Made by a program: the position numbers and the translations under genes
Notes under the pieces: model-generated
The model's input: only the letters and a program-made list of their open reading frames with translations
Told to the model about the DNA's origin: nothing
Database searches by the model: none
NCBI GenBank assembly: GCA_964420365.1
Contig: CAYQTA010000048.1
Location: forward strand, 5,635-69,634
DNA: 64,000 nucleotides
Direction: 5' to 3'
From: an uncultured Acidobacteriota bacterium
Lineage (GTDB): Bacteria; Acidobacteriota; Polarisedimenticolia; J045
In this document: positions 43,176-53,940 of the stretch, piece after piece
Numbering within the stretch: the stretch's first letter is position 1
Layout: each line of letters begins with the position of its first letter

Positions 43176-46100
43176 ATGAGATCGATCCGCCTGGTCGTGC
43201 TCCTGCTGCTCGTCGCCCTGCCGACGGGCGCCTTCGCCGTGTTCCGCGGGGCCCCCCCGGAGGATGTGCAGCGCACCGTCCGCGAGGCCGTCGTGCAGCA
43301 GGTTCTCGGTGGCCGCACCGAGCACGTGCGCGTCGTGATGACCCCCAGGCCGTTCCCGACGGAGGGCGAGTTCCGCCTGGAGTGGTCCGGCGGGCCGATC
43401 GAGCTCCCGGAGGGGACCGCCTGGATGGCGATCGCCGACGAGACGCCCGGCGTGCTCGGGTTCCACCCGGTCAAGCACGTCTTCTTCGACGAGGAGCTCC
43501 GGGTCATCGCGGTCCGCGACGCGAACGTCTACCCCCGGTTCTACGTCGAGGGGGAACGGCAGGACTGGTTCACCCTGGTCGAGTACCACGCCCGGCCCGG
43601 CAAGGTCCCGGCCGACCGGCAGCACGCCGTCCCGGGCCGCTCGACGAAGGCCGGCGAGAAGGACTTCACCTACCAGGAGTTCTACGCGGTCATCATCGAG
43701 GGAGACGTCCCCTCCGGCAGCAGCTACCCCGAGTTCTGGACCGATCCCGTGCAGATGTACCGCATCCTCCTCGAGTACGGCTACCAGCCGGACCACATCC
43801 ACGTCCTCTACGGGGACGGCGAGGACGAGAGCGACTGGATCTGCGAGTACTACCGGGAGGAGATGGTCGACTTCCCCGCCTACAAGCAGGACGTCCGCAA
43901 CATCTTCACCTGGATGCGGGACGGGAACCCGGAACACGGGATCCCCCAGGTCACCGACCAGGACTTCATTTTCCTCTTCACGTTCGACCACGGCGGCAGC
44001 AATGGCGGCTGCAATTCCACCCTCTGCCTGATGGACGGCTGCATGCCGGACGACGAGTTCGCCTCGTACTTCAACGACGTCCCGTACAAGCACCGCGCCG
44101 TCGACATGCAGCAGTGCAACTCCGGCGGGTTCATCGACGACCTGGAGAACACGACGACCGTGATCTCGACCGCCGCCGACTGCGGCGAGAGTGCCTACCA
44201 GGCGGACGAGACCGACGACTGCGAGGGCGTCACCACGACGAAGTACGGCGAGTGGAACTACTGGTGGATGAGCGCCATGCGCGGCCACAAGCCGTGGCCG
44301 GGCGAGGAGCCGGTCGACGCGGACGTCAACGATGACGGCAAGGTGAGCTTCCTCGAGGCCCACAACTACGCGGTCGACCACGACGACCGCTCGGAGCATC
44401 CCCAGTGGAGTGACCCGGGCGGGATCGGCGACGAGCTCTCCCTCCAGACGACCTGGAACGGGCCCCACCTGGTCCACGACGGGCACCGGGTCGACGACGG
44501 CGACGGCGGCAACGGCGACGGCGTCGTGAACCCCGGCGAGACGATCGTCATGCCGGTCACGCTCTTCAACAACGGCGAGGAAGACGCGACCGGCGTGCAC
44601 GGCACCCTTTCCACCGACTCCGAGTGGGTGACCATCGACGATGCCGACGCCGACTGGCCCGACATCGCGGCGGACACGGGAGCCGAGTCCCTTGCCGACC
44701 ACTTCCGCTGGCGGGCCGCCCCCGAGGCGCCGGACGACACCGACGTCCTGTTCCACGTCGACTGGACGACCAACGAGGGCGCCTCCGGCACGACCGCCTT
44801 CCACGAGCGCATCTACCGGGTGATCCTGGCCGTCCAGAAGACGTCCGTCCTCGACGACGACGGTGGTGACGGGGACGGAATCGCCGACCCGGGCGAGTCG
44901 ATCCGGCTGGCGGTCACCCTGCGCAACAAGGGTCACGCCGAGGCCCGGGACGTCCACGGAACCCTCTCGACCGATTCGCCGTGGGTGACGATCACCGACG
45001 ACCAGGCGGACTGGCCGAACATCGCGGGCCAGGGCTCCGCCCGGTCGAACCCGGACCACTTCGGGATCGACGTCCATGCCGACGCCCCCGAGATGACCTG
45101 GGTCGAGTGCACGCTCGACGTGACCGCGGCGGACGGGTACACCGAGTCCCTGCCGCTGCGCTTCATGATCGGCTCCCGCGGCACCGTCCTGCTGGTCGAG
45201 GACGGTGACGCCGAGGAGGCCGACTTCATGGAAGACCTGATCGGCGACCTCGGCTTCGGCGTCGAGCGGCAGCTCGCCAGCGAGACCGACCCGGACACCT
45301 GGACCGACTACCACCTGCTCGTCTGGGACGCTGGACGCAACGACGACTCGGTCTCCGACCCGGCCTGGCGGGACTCCCTCGAGAGCTTCGTGGCCGACGG
45401 AGGCCGCCTGCTGATCACGGGCGGCGAGATCGGCTACGACCACCGCTACGATGACAGCTTCCGCCAGAACGTCCTGCACATGGACAGCTATCGCAATGCC
45501 GGCGGCGGCGATCTCCGGGTGCAGGACGACACGCACCCGATCGCGACGGTGCCGAACGTCCTCGACGAGACGCTCCCGGCCGAGACCAGCGACGGCTACG
45601 ACAGGGACGCCGTCCGACCCACCTACGACGCCCGGATGATCCTCGACTGGACCGGATCCGAGGGCAATGCGTCCCTGGTTGCCTACGACGACGATTCGCT
45701 CGAGGGGAACGGGGGCCAGGTCGTCAGCCTCTTCGTCCGGGCGAAGACCCTCTCCGACGAGGGCGGGCAGCGCACCCAGCTCGTCGAGAACGTCCTCGAG
45801 TGGCTGATGGGGAACGACAAGCCGTACCTGCTCTACGTCTCCCACGAGGTGCACGACGAGGACGGCGGCAACGGCGACGGGGTGATCGATCCGGGCGAGA
45901 CGATCCACATGGCGGTCGACCTGGAAAACCAGGGGTCCGGCCAGGCGACGATCACCTGGGCCCGCGCCGAGACGGACCACCCGGAGATCATCCACTTCAC
46001 GGACAACTACGCCGAGTGGCCGACGATCGCGTCGGGCGCGACGGCCCGCAGCCTCGATCCGCACCTCGTCTTCCACGTCGACGAGAACGCCGCCTGTGGC

Positions 46101-46856
46101 ACCTGGGTCGAGATGACGCTCCACATCACGACCGACGAGGGCTTCGCCGCCGACCGGAGGTTCCGCTTCAAGGTCGGCACCGGCGGGGGTGACCACGTGA
46201 CCTACGAGTCGACCGACACCCCGATGGGCATCCCCAACCCCGGGATCGCCGACTCCGTGATCGACGTACCGGACGCGTTCCGGGTCGGCGACGTCAACTG
46301 TCACGTGGACATCGAGCACTCCTCGATCAACCTGATCAAGGTGGTCCTCCGCTCCGCCGAGGGGACCCAGGTCACCCTGCACAACATGAGCGGCGAGGGG
46401 AACCACCTCGAGACGACCTACGACACCGAGACGCAGCCGGACGGCCCCGGCACGATGAGCGACTTCGACGGCGAGGTCGCCACCGGCGAGTGGCACCTCT
46501 ACGTCGACGACCTCCAGGCCGACATGATGATGGGCCGGATCAACTCCTGGTCCCTCATCTTCGACACCTCGGACCTCTGCCACGACTTCACGTGCGAGGA
46601 CGACGTCCCCGGCGACGTCGGGAACACGCTCACGATGTCGAAGCTGGACGGGACGGACGTCCACCTGGAGTGGGACGCGGTTTCCGGCGCGGACGCCTAC
46701 AACGTCTGGCGCTCCCGCAGGGCGGACTTCTCCGACCCGGAGGCGACCGGGCACACGACCGACACGGCGTACGACGAGACCGGCGTGCCCCACCGTTCCT
46801 CGATCTACTTCTACCAGGTCCGCGCCGAGAACGCGTGCCACGAGGAGGGGCCCTGA
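43176..46856 (+). CDS. Large secreted multidomain protein: clan CD (gingipain C25/caspase-like) cysteine peptidase-like domain + 3 CARDB-like Ig repeats + proprotein-convertase P-domain + C-terminal FN3
   Basis: Signal MRSIRLVVLLLLVALPTGAFA. His-Gly and Cys blocks (IFLFTFDHGGSNGG ... VDMQQCNSGGFIDD). Three GDGxxxPGExI repeats. P-domain pattern GEWHLYVDDLQADMMMGRINSWSLIF. FN3-like C-terminus. SD GAGGAGG. Confidence 0.6.
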   Translation: MRSIRLVVLLLLVALPTGAFAVFRGAPPEDVQRTVREAVVQQVLGGRTEHVRVVMTPRPFPTEGEFRLEWSGGPIELPEGTAWMAIADETPGVLGFHPVKHVFFDEELRVIAVRDANVYPRFYVEGERQDWFTLVEYHARPGKVPADRQHAVPGRSTKAGEKDFTYQEFYAVIIEGDVPSGSSYPEFWTDPVQMYRILLEYGYQPDHIHVLYGDGEDESDWICEYYREEMVDFPAYKQDVRNIFTWMRDGNPEHGIPQVTDQDFIFLFTFDHGGSNGGCNSTLCLMDGCMPDDEFASYFNDVPYKHRAVDMQQCNSGGFIDDLENTTTVISTAADCGESAYQADETDDCEGVTTTKYGEWNYWWMSAMRGHKPWPGEEPVDADVNDDGKVSFLEAHNYAVDHDDRSEHPQWSDPGGIGDELSLQTTWNGPHLVHDGHRVDDGDGGNGDGVVNPGETIVMPVTLFNNGEEDATGVHGTLSTDSEWVTIDDADADWPDIAADTGAESLADHFRWRAAPEAPDDTDVLFHVDWTTNEGASGTTAFHERIYRVILAVQKTSVLDDDGGDGDGIADPGESIRLAVTLRNKGHAEARDVHGTLSTDSPWVTITDDQADWPNIAGQGSARSNPDHFGIDVHADAPEMTWVECTLDVTAADGYTESLPLRFMIGSRGTVLLVEDGDAEEADFMEDLIGDLGFGVERQLASETDPDTWTDYHLLVWDAGRNDDSVSDPAWRDSLESFVADGGRLLITGGEIGYDHRYDDSFRQNVLHMDSYRNAGGGDLRVQDDTHPIATVPNVLDETLPAETSDGYDRDAVRPTYDARMILDWTGSEGNASLVAYDDDSLEGNGGQVVSLFVRAKTLSDEGGQRTQLVENVLEWLMGNDKPYLLYVSHEVHDEDGGNGDGVIDPGETIHMAVDLENQGSGQATITWARAETDHPEIIHFTDNYAEWPTIASGATARSLDPHLVFHVDENAACGTWVEMTLHITTDEGFAADRRFRFKVGTGGGDHVTYESTDTPMGIPNPGIADSVIDVPDAFRVGDVNCHVDIEHSSINLIKVVLRSAEGTQVTLHNMSGEGNHLETTYDTETQPDGPGTMSDFDGEVATGEWHLYVDDLQADMMMGRINSWSLIFDTSDLCHDFTCEDDVPGDVGNTLTMSKLDGTDVHLEWDAVSGADAYNVWRSRRADFSDPEATGHTTDTAYDETGVPHRSSIYFYQVRAENACHEEGP

Positions 46857-46938
46857 CCCCGCACGACGATTCGACTACCATGGGGCGGCCGGGGAAAACC
46901 CCGGCCGCTTCCTTCTTCCTGCCGCGCCGGGAGGACCG

Positions 46939-47850
46939 ATGGCCGACGAGCTGCTGCGGGGCACCGCCCTGGACGGAAGGGCCAGGTTCGCCGCCGCCGA
47001 CACGACTTCCGTCGTGGAGACCCTCCGGGAGATCCACGACCTCTCTCCCACCGTCAGCGCCGCCCTCGGCAGGGTCGCGACGGGCGCCCTCCTGCTGGCC
47101 GCCATGCTGGAGAAGGTCACCGCCCGGGAACCGGTGGTGACCGTGGAGGTCGAGGGCGATGGTCCGGTCGGCCGCCTGGTCGCGACCGCCTCGCCGGCCG
47201 GGTGGGTGCGCGGCTTCGCCCGCAACCCGCGGGCGACGGCCACGCCGCGCGCCGACGGGAAGCTCGACGTCGCGGCGGTGGTCGGCCGCCACGGAACGCT
47301 GACGGTGACCCGTGACCCGGGGATCGGGGAACCATGGCGGGGGATGGTGCCCCTGCGCTCCGGCGAGATCGCGCGCGACCTCGCTCGCTACCTCCACGAC
47401 TCGGAGCAGACGCCCTCGGCGATCGGGCTCGGAGTCTTCGTCGTCCCGGAGGGGCGCGTCACCCATGCCGGCGGCTGGCTCGTCCAGCTCCTTCCCGGCG
47501 TGACGGACGACGAGGCGAAGGCGCTGGCGGACCGGGTCCGCCGCCTCGGACCGGTGACGGCCCAGCTCCGGGCCGGCCGCGGGCCGGAAGCCTGGCTGCA
47601 CGATCTCTTTCCCGCCGGGTACGACGTGCTGGGCCGTACCCCCGTGCGCTTCGAGTGCGGTTGCTCCCGGGAGCGGGTGGAGAAGGCGCTCCGGCTCCTC
47701 GGTCCCCGGGAGGTCCGTTCCCTCCTCGAGGAGGCCCGTCGGAAGGGAGAACCGGCGGAGCTGCGGTGCGAGTTCTGCCGCGCCGCCTACCCGGTGCCGC
47801 CGGCCGACCTGGAACGCCTGCTCGACGAACTGGAGAAACCGTCGGCGTAG
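46939..47850 (+). CDS. hslO: Redox-regulated chaperone Hsp33 (HslO)
   Basis: Hsp33 fold with the C-terminal zinc centre CGCSRERV...CEFCRAAY (CxC...CxxC). Confidence 0.9.
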   Translation: MADELLRGTALDGRARFAAADTTSVVETLREIHDLSPTVSAALGRVATGALLLAAMLEKVTAREPVVTVEVEGDGPVGRLVATASPAGWVRGFARNPRATATPRADGKLDVAAVVGRHGTLTVTRDPGIGEPWRGMVPLRSGEIARDLARYLHDSEQTPSAIGLGVFVVPEGRVTHAGGWLVQLLPGVTDDEAKALADRVRRLGPVTAQLRAGRGPEAWLHDLFPAGYDVLGRTPVRFECGCSRERVEKALRLLGPREVRSLLEEARRKGEPAELRCEFCRAAYPVPPADLERLLDELEKPSA

Positions 47851-47993
47851 GCTTCCCGGGGCTGGTCACCGGTTAAGAAAACTTCTTCCGTCCAAAAAGC
47901 TGCCTTGTAAGTAAGCTCCCGAGACGACAACAAGCGGAGCATTTGCAGTATGTTACGGACGCTCCCCGCCGGGCGGCCATCGCGGAGCTTGCG

Positions 47994-48013
47994 CATACCG
48001 CACCCACATCGTA
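47994..48013. promoter_or_regulatory. Near-perfect 20-bp inverted repeat CCCACATCGTACGATTTGGG centred on palindromic TCGTACGA (candidate Rrf2 operator)
   Basis: Seen directly 55 nt upstream of the Rrf2 regulator gene that heads the suf operon. Confidence 0.45.
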
Positions 48014-48067
48014 CGATTTGGGCGCCGGACAAGGTGCCGGGATCGTCCCGGCCGGGAGGCCGATCCA

Positions 48068-48616
48068 GTGATCCGCATCAGCCGCGAGACCGACTACGCG
48101 ATCCTGCTCCTCGTACACCTGGCCCGCCGACCACCGGGCCGGGTGGTGACCGCCCGCGAGATCGCCGACCACACCGGGATTTCCCGGCCGATGGTCAGCA
48201 AGATCCTCAAGGCCCTCGCGCGCGGCGGACTGCTCCACTCCCACCGCGGCGCACGGGGCGGGTACAGCCTTCCCCGGTCGCCGGAGGAGATCTCGATCGC
48301 CGAGGTGATCGAGGCGATCGAGGGACCGATCGCCATCACCGAGTGCTCCGGCGAGGAGGGTTCCTGCACCCTCGAGGCCGGCTGCCCGGTCCGGGTCAAC
48401 TGGCGTGACATCAGCGCGGTGATCCGCTCGGCGCTGGCCGGCGTGCCCCTCGCCCGGATGGCCGGGTCGCTCCGGGCCCCCCGGCCCCTCGGAACGGTCC
48501 CGGCGGCGGACTTCCCGGGGCTCGGCCTCGCTCCCCTCCCCCCCTCCGGTGGCGAGGGTGACCCCGGGCCGGGCCACGGCGCCGGCGACGGGAAGGAAGG
48601 ACGGGAACGACGATGA
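48068..48616 (+). CDS. Rrf2-family Fe-S cluster-binding transcriptional regulator (IscR/SufR-like) with a G/P-rich C-terminal tail
   Basis: Winged-helix N-terminus ([16 protein letters not shown]...[23 protein letters not shown]). Three Cys C-x6-C-x5-C ([15 protein letters not shown]). ATGA coupling to sufB. Confidence 0.85.
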   Translation: MIRISRETDYAILLLVHLARRPPGRVVTAREIADHTGISRPMVSKILKALARGGLLHSHRGARGGYSLPRSPEEISIAEVIEAIEGPIAITECSGEEGSCTLEAGCPVRVNWRDISAVIRSALAGVPLARMAGSLRAPRPLGTVPAADFPGLGLAPLPPSGGEGDPGPGHGAGDGKEGRERR

Positions 48617-50061
48617 GCGACGACAGGAAGCGGATCCAGGAGATCGTCGACCGGGAGTACGAGCACGGCTTCGTCACCCCGATCGAGGAGGAGACGATCC
48701 CCCCCGGCCTGTCCGAGGAGGTGATCCGCAGGATCTCGGCGATCAAGCGGGAGCCCGGGTGGCTGCTCGAGTGGCGCCTCCGGGCGTACCGCACGTGGCA
48801 GAAGATGGAGGAGCCCCACTGGGGCCACCTCCACTATCCCCCGATCGACTACCAGTCGATCGTCTACTACGCGGCGCCGAAACGGGACGAGGATCGGCCG
48901 AAGAGCCTCGACGAGGTCGACCCGGAGCTCCTCGAGACGTTCGAGAAGCTCGGGATCCCCCTCGAGGAGCGGGCGGCCCTCGCCGGCGTCGCGGTCGACG
49001 CGGTCTTCGACTCCGTGTCGGTGGCGACGACCTTCAAGGAGAAACTGGCCGAGCTCGGGATCATCTTCTGCTCGTTTTCCGAGGCGGTGCGGGAACACCC
49101 TGACCTGGTCCGGAAGTACCTCGGCACGGTCGTTCCTCCCGGCGACAACTTCTTCGCCGCCCTCAACTCGGCGGTCTTCTCCGACGGCTCGTTCTGCTAC
49201 ATCCCCCCCGGGGTCCGCTGCCCGATGGAGCTCTCCACCTACTTTCGGATCAACGCCGCGAACCTCGGCCAGTTCGAGCGGACGCTCGTCATCGCCGACA
49301 AGGGGGCGTACGTCAGCTACCTGGAGGGCTGCACGGCGCCGATGCGGGACGAGAACCAGCTCCACGCGGCCGTGGTCGAGCTCGTCGCCCTCGAGGGCGC
49401 ACACATCAAGTACTCCACGGTGCAGAACTGGTACCCCGGCGACGAGGAGGGACGGGGGGGCATCTACAACTTCGTGACGAAGCGCGGGAAGTGCCTCGGG
49501 CGAAATTCCCGCATCTCCTGGACCCAGGTGGAGACCGGCTCGGCGATCACCTGGAAATACCCGGGATGCGTCCTGATCGGCGACGGCTCGGTCGGAGAGT
49601 TCTACTCCGTCGCCCTGACGAACCGGCGCCAGCAGGCCGACACCGGCACGAAGATGGTCCACGTCGGTCGGAACACGCGCTCGGTGATCGTCTCGAAGGG
49701 CATCTCCGCCGGGCGGGGCCAGAACTCCTACCGGGGCCTGGTCGAGATCCGCGGGAGCGCCGAGGGGGCCCGCAACTATTCCCAGTGCGACTCGATGCTG
49801 ATCGGGGACCGCTGCGGGGCCCACACCTTCCCGTACATCGACGTGGCGAACCCGACCGCCGTGGTCGAGCACGAGGCGACGACCTCGAAGATCGGGGAGG
49901 ACCAGCTCTTCTACTGCCGCCAGCGGGGGATCTCCCCCGAGGACGCCGTGGCGATGATCGTCAACGGCTTCTGCAAGGAGGTCTTCCGCGAACTGCCGAT
50001 GGAGTTCGCCGTCGAGGCGCAGAAGCTGCTCGGCGTCAGCCTCGAAGGGAGCGTGGGCTGA
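48613..50061 (+). CDS. sufB: Fe-S cluster assembly protein SufB
   Basis: Full-length SufB (482 aa) with the conserved beta-helix core, and the FxxxxC/CxxxxC region in the N-terminal part. Confidence 0.93.
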   Translation: MSDDRKRIQEIVDREYEHGFVTPIEEETIPPGLSEEVIRRISAIKREPGWLLEWRLRAYRTWQKMEEPHWGHLHYPPIDYQSIVYYAAPKRDEDRPKSLDEVDPELLETFEKLGIPLEERAALAGVAVDAVFDSVSVATTFKEKLAELGIIFCSFSEAVREHPDLVRKYLGTVVPPGDNFFAALNSAVFSDGSFCYIPPGVRCPMELSTYFRINAANLGQFERTLVIADKGAYVSYLEGCTAPMRDENQLHAAVVELVALEGAHIKYSTVQNWYPGDEEGRGGIYNFVTKRGKCLGRNSRISWTQVETGSAITWKYPGCVLIGDGSVGEFYSVALTNRRQQADTGTKMVHVGRNTRSVIVSKGISAGRGQNSYRGLVEIRGSAEGARNYSQCDSMLIGDRCGAHTFPYIDVANPTAVVEHEATTSKIGEDQLFYCRQRGISPEDAVAMIVNGFCKEVFRELPMEFAVEAQKLLGVSLEGSVG

Positions 50062-50088
50062 GAGGCCCGCGCCGGAGGGAGCCAGCCG

Positions 50089-50865
50089 ATGGAGACGAAC
50101 CAGCCGATCCTCGAGATCCGTGACCTGCACGCGCGCATCGAGGGAAAGGAAATCCTCAGGGGGATCGACCTCGTCATCCGCCCGGGCGAGGTGCACGCGA
50201 TCATGGGCCCGAACGGCTCCGGGAAGAGCACGCTCGCCCAGGTCCTCGCCGGCCGGGACCTCTACGAGGTGACGCGCGGCGAGGTCCTCTACCGGGGACG
50301 GGACCTGCTCGCGCTCTCGCCGGAGGAGCGCGCCCGGGAGGGGATCTTCCTCGCGTTCCAGTACCCGGTCGAGATTCCCGGGGTCACGAACCTCTACTTC
50401 CTGAAGACCGCCCTGAACGCCGTCCGCAAGCACCGCGGCCTGCCCGAGATGGACGCGATGGAGTTCATGAAGCTGGTCCGGGAGAAGCTCGCCCTCGTCG
50501 AGATGGACGAGGCGTTCCTGCGGCGGGCGGTCAACGAGGGCTTCTCGGGGGGCGAGAAGAAGCGGAACGAGATCCTCCAGATGGCGGTGCTGGACCCCGT
50601 TCTCGCGATCCTCGACGAGACCGACTCGGGGCTCGACATCGACGCCCTGCGCGTCGTCGCCAACGGCGTCAACCGCCTCCGGCGACCGGACCGGGCGATG
50701 CTGCTGGTCACCCACTACCAGCGGCTCCTCGACTACATCGTCCCCGACCGCGTCCACGTCCTCGCCGGCGGCCGGATCGTCCGGTCCGGCGACCGTCGCC
50801 TGGCCCTCGAGCTCGAGGAGAAGGGGTACGGCTGGCTCCACGAGGCCGGGACCCCGGGCGCGTGA
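50089..50865 (+). CDS. sufC: Fe-S cluster assembly ATPase SufC
   Basis: ABC ATPase motifs: Walker [10 protein letters not shown], signature FSGGEKKR, Walker [11 protein letters not shown]. Confidence 0.94.
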   Translation: METNQPILEIRDLHARIEGKEILRGIDLVIRPGEVHAIMGPNGSGKSTLAQVLAGRDLYEVTRGEVLYRGRDLLALSPEERAREGIFLAFQYPVEIPGVTNLYFLKTALNAVRKHRGLPEMDAMEFMKLVREKLALVEMDEAFLRRAVNEGFSGGEKKRNEILQMAVLDPVLAILDETDSGLDIDALRVVANGVNRLRRPDRAMLLVTHYQRLLDYIVPDRVHVLAGGRIVRSGDRRLALELEEKGYGWLHEAGTPGA

Positions 50866-50875
50866 GGAGGCCGCG

Positions 50876-52222
50876 ATGACCACCGGCATCGCCGAGACGA
50901 TTCCGGCCGGCTGGAAGGCCCTCGTCGACCGGCACCGGGAGCTCCTGGCCACGGGGCCGGCGTTCCTCCGGGAGCTGCGGCGCGCGGCCTGGACCCGCTT
51001 CGAGGAACGGGGCCTGCCGGGCCGCCGGGAAGAGGACTGGCGGGAAATCGACCTGCGTCCCCTGGCCGCGCTCTCCCCCGTTCCCGCCGCCCCCCGGGCA
51101 TCCCGGGTCTCCCCGGACATCCTCGACCATCCGGCGGTGGCGCGGCCGGCGCCGCCCCGGTTCGTGCTGGCCGGGGGACGCCTCCGGGAAGACCTCTCCG
51201 CGGCGCACCCGCTGCCCGCCGGCCTCCAGGTGCTCACCATCGAGGAGGCGGCCAGGGCGTGGCCCGACCTGCTCGCCACCCACCTGGGCCGGTACGCCCC
51301 GGCGGAAAACCCGTTCGTCGCCCTGAACACCGCCCTCGCCGAGGAAGGCCTGGTCGTCCGGGTCGCCGCCGGGACCGACGTGGACGTTCCCCTCCACCTG
51401 GTTCACGTCGCCCCGGCGGGGGACCGGGACGTCGCCTGCCATCCCCGCGTCCTCGTCCTCGTGGAAACCGGGGCGAGGGTCGCCCTCGTCGAGAGCTTCC
51501 TCGCGCGGGAGGAAGCCGGGGGACTCGTCAACGGGGTCACCGAGCTCCTCGTCGGGCCCGGGGCCCGCGTGACCCACGCCCGCGTCCAGCACGAGGCTCC
51601 CGGGATCCACCACGTCGCCCACGTCGCCGCGCGCGTCGAGGCGGGGGGATCCCTGCGGTCCCTCTCCCTCGCCCTCGGCGGGCCCCTGGTGCGGGTTGGC
51701 ATCGACGTCCGCCTGGCGGGCGAGGAGGCGGAGACCTCCCTCGACGGTCTCTACCTCGCCGGGTCGGGGCAGGTGGTCGATCACCGGACGGCCATCCTCC
51801 ACGACGTGCCGCGCTGCGCGAGTCACCAGCTCTACAAGGGCCTCCTGGCCGGCGACGGGCGCGCCGTCTTCCGCGGTCGGATCGTCGTCGCCCCCGGGGC
51901 CCAGCAGACGGACGCTCACCAGCAGAACCGCAACCTGCTGCTCTCCCGGCAGGCACTGGTCCGTACGCGTCCCCAGCTCGAGATCTACGCCGACGACGTG
52001 CGGGCTACCCACGGGGCGACGGTCGGGCAGCTCGACGACGAGATGCTCTTCTACTTCCGGAGCCGCGGCATCGGTCTCGCGGAGGCCCGCCACCTGCTGC
52101 TCGCGGCCTTCACCGGCGAGATCCTCGAGCGGGTCCCCGGCGCACCGCTGGCCGGGCTGCTTCGCGACCTGGTCCGGGACCGCCTCGCCCGCGAGCTCCC
52201 GGCCGGGGAGGATGCGCGATGA
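50876..52222 (+). CDS. sufD: Fe-S cluster assembly protein SufD
   Basis: SufB/D-family beta-helix protein in the canonical position. ATGA overlap with sufS. Confidence 0.88.
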   Translation: MTTGIAETIPAGWKALVDRHRELLATGPAFLRELRRAAWTRFEERGLPGRREEDWREIDLRPLAALSPVPAAPRASRVSPDILDHPAVARPAPPRFVLAGGRLREDLSAAHPLPAGLQVLTIEEAARAWPDLLATHLGRYAPAENPFVALNTALAEEGLVVRVAAGTDVDVPLHLVHVAPAGDRDVACHPRVLVLVETGARVALVESFLAREEAGGLVNGVTELLVGPGARVTHARVQHEAPGIHHVAHVAARVEAGGSLRSLSLALGGPLVRVGIDVRLAGEEAETSLDGLYLAGSGQVVDHRTAILHDVPRCASHQLYKGLLAGDGRAVFRGRIVVAPGAQQTDAHQQNRNLLLSRQALVRTRPQLEIYADDVRATHGATVGQLDDEMLFYFRSRGIGLAEARHLLLAAFTGEILERVPGAPLAGLLRDLVRDRLARELPAGEDAR

Positions 52223-53448
52223 CGACGGCCCTCGACGTGGACCGGGTCCGGGACCAGTTCCCGATCCTCGCCCGCCGGGTTCACGGCCGACCCCTCGCGT
52301 ACCTGGACAACGCCGCGACGACCCAGAAGCCGCGGGCGGTGCTCGACGCCGTGCGCCGTTTCTACGAGGAGCGGAACGCGAACGTCCACCGGGGCGCCTA
52401 CGCTCTCTCCGCCGAGGCGACGGAGGCGTACGAGGGTGCGCGGGCCCGGGTCGCCCGTTTCCTCGGGGCCGCGGATCCCCGCGAGGTGGTCTTCACCCGG
52501 GGAACGACCGAGGCGATCAACCTGGTCGCCTGGAGCCTCGGCTTCGCGCGGCTGGGGGCCGGCGACGAGATCCTCGTCACCGAGATGGAACACCACTCGA
52601 ACATCGTCCCCTGGCAGCTCGTCGCCGCCCGGACCGGTGCACGCCTCGCCGTCGCGCCGATCACGGACACCGGGGAACTGGACCGGGAGGCGTTTCGCCG
52701 GCGACTGTCGCCGCGCACGCGGATCGTCGCCCTGGCCCACGTCTCGAACGCCCTCGGGACGATCAACCCGGTCCGCGAGCTGGTCGCGGAAGCCCGCTCG
52801 GCCGGAGCCATCGTCCTCGTCGACGGGGCCCAGGCGGTGCCCCACCTGCCCGTGAACGTGCGCGATCTCGGTTGCGACCTCTACGCGTTCTCCGGGCACA
52901 AGGTGTACGGGCCGACCGGCATCGGCGCGCTCTGGGCGCGCCGGGAGCTGCTCGAGGAGATGCCACCCTGGCAGGGTGGCGGCGACATGATCCTCGAGGT
53001 GCGCTTCGAGGGGTCGTCGTGGAACGAGGTTCCCTGGAAGTTCGAGGCCGGCACGCCCAACGTGGCGGGCGCCGTCGGCCTGGCCGCGGCCCTCGACTGG
53101 GTCGAGGAGACCGGGCTCGAGGCGATCGCCGCCCACGAGGCGGACCTGCTCGCGTACGCGACCGGGCGGCTCGGCGAGATCGAGGGCCTGCGGATCCTTG
53201 GGAGCTCCCGCCGGAAGGCGGCGGTCGTCTCGTTCGTGCTCGAGGAGGTCCATCCCCACGACGTCGCGACGTTCCTCGACGCCGACGGGATCGCGGTACG
53301 GGCGGGGCACCATTGTGCCCAGCCGGTGATGGACCGTTACGGCGTGCCGGCAACGGTGCGGGCCTCCTTCGCCGCGTACAACACGCGCGCGGAGGTGGAC
53401 GCCCTCGTCGCCGCGCTGCGAAAGGTCCGGGAGGTGTTCGCCCGATGA
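52219..53448 (+). CDS. sufS: Cysteine desulfurase SufS (class V aminotransferase, group II)
   Basis: PLP lysine motif SGHKVYGPTGIG, and active-site Cys in RAGHHCAQP. Confidence 0.93.
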   Translation: MTTALDVDRVRDQFPILARRVHGRPLAYLDNAATTQKPRAVLDAVRRFYEERNANVHRGAYALSAEATEAYEGARARVARFLGAADPREVVFTRGTTEAINLVAWSLGFARLGAGDEILVTEMEHHSNIVPWQLVAARTGARLAVAPITDTGELDREAFRRRLSPRTRIVALAHVSNALGTINPVRELVAEARSAGAIVLVDGAQAVPHLPVNVRDLGCDLYAFSGHKVYGPTGIGALWARRELLEEMPPWQGGGDMILEVRFEGSSWNEVPWKFEAGTPNVAGAVGLAAALDWVEETGLEAIAAHEADLLAYATGRLGEIEGLRILGSSRRKAAVVSFVLEEVHPHDVATFLDADGIAVRAGHHCAQPVMDRYGVPATVRASFAAYNTRAEVDALVAALRKVREVFAR

Positions 53449-53915
53449 ACGACCTGCGCGAGCTGTACCAGGAGATGATTCTCGACCATTCCCGGAACCC
53501 CCGGAACCGGGGGGTTCTCGAGCACGCCACCCACCGCGCCGAGGGACGGAATCCCGTCTGCGGGGACCAGGTGACGGTCTGGATCGACGTGGACGACGGG
53601 GGCGTCATCCGGAAGGTCACCTTCGACGGAAAGGGATGCGCGATCTCGACGGCGTCGGCCTCCCTGATGACCGAGGCGCTGGTCGGCCGAACGGTCGAGG
53701 AGGCCCGCCGCCTCTTCGCCGAGGTCCACGGGATGCTGACCGGGGATCCGTCCGGGGAACAGGCGGCCGCCGCCTCCGGCCGCGAGGACCTCGGGAAGCT
53801 GGAGGTCCTCTCCGGCGTCAAGGAGTTCCCGATGCGGGTCAAGTGTGCCTCCCTCCCGTGGCACACGTTCCTCGCGGCCCTCGAGGGGCGCGACGATCCC
53901 GCCCGGACCGAGTGA
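53445..53915 (+). CDS. sufU: SufU/IscU-like Fe-S scaffold / sulfur acceptor (NifU-N family)
   Basis: Three conserved Cys (NPVCGD, GKGCAIS, VKCASLP) typical of SufU. ATGA overlap with sufS. Confidence 0.88.
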   Translation: MNDLRELYQEMILDHSRNPRNRGVLEHATHRAEGRNPVCGDQVTVWIDVDDGGVIRKVTFDGKGCAISTASASLMTEALVGRTVEEARRLFAEVHGMLTGDPSGEQAAAASGREDLGKLEVLSGVKEFPMRVKCASLPWHTFLAALEGRDDPARTE

Positions 53916-53940
53916 CCGGGCCGACGCGGAGGACGACGGG

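Noticed and set aside
42522-46841. 1439-aa minus-strand ORF antisense to the giant peptidase gene
   Set aside because: Antisense frame of a long GC-rich gene with low-complexity composition. The plus-strand gene has a signal peptide, SD and recognisable domains.
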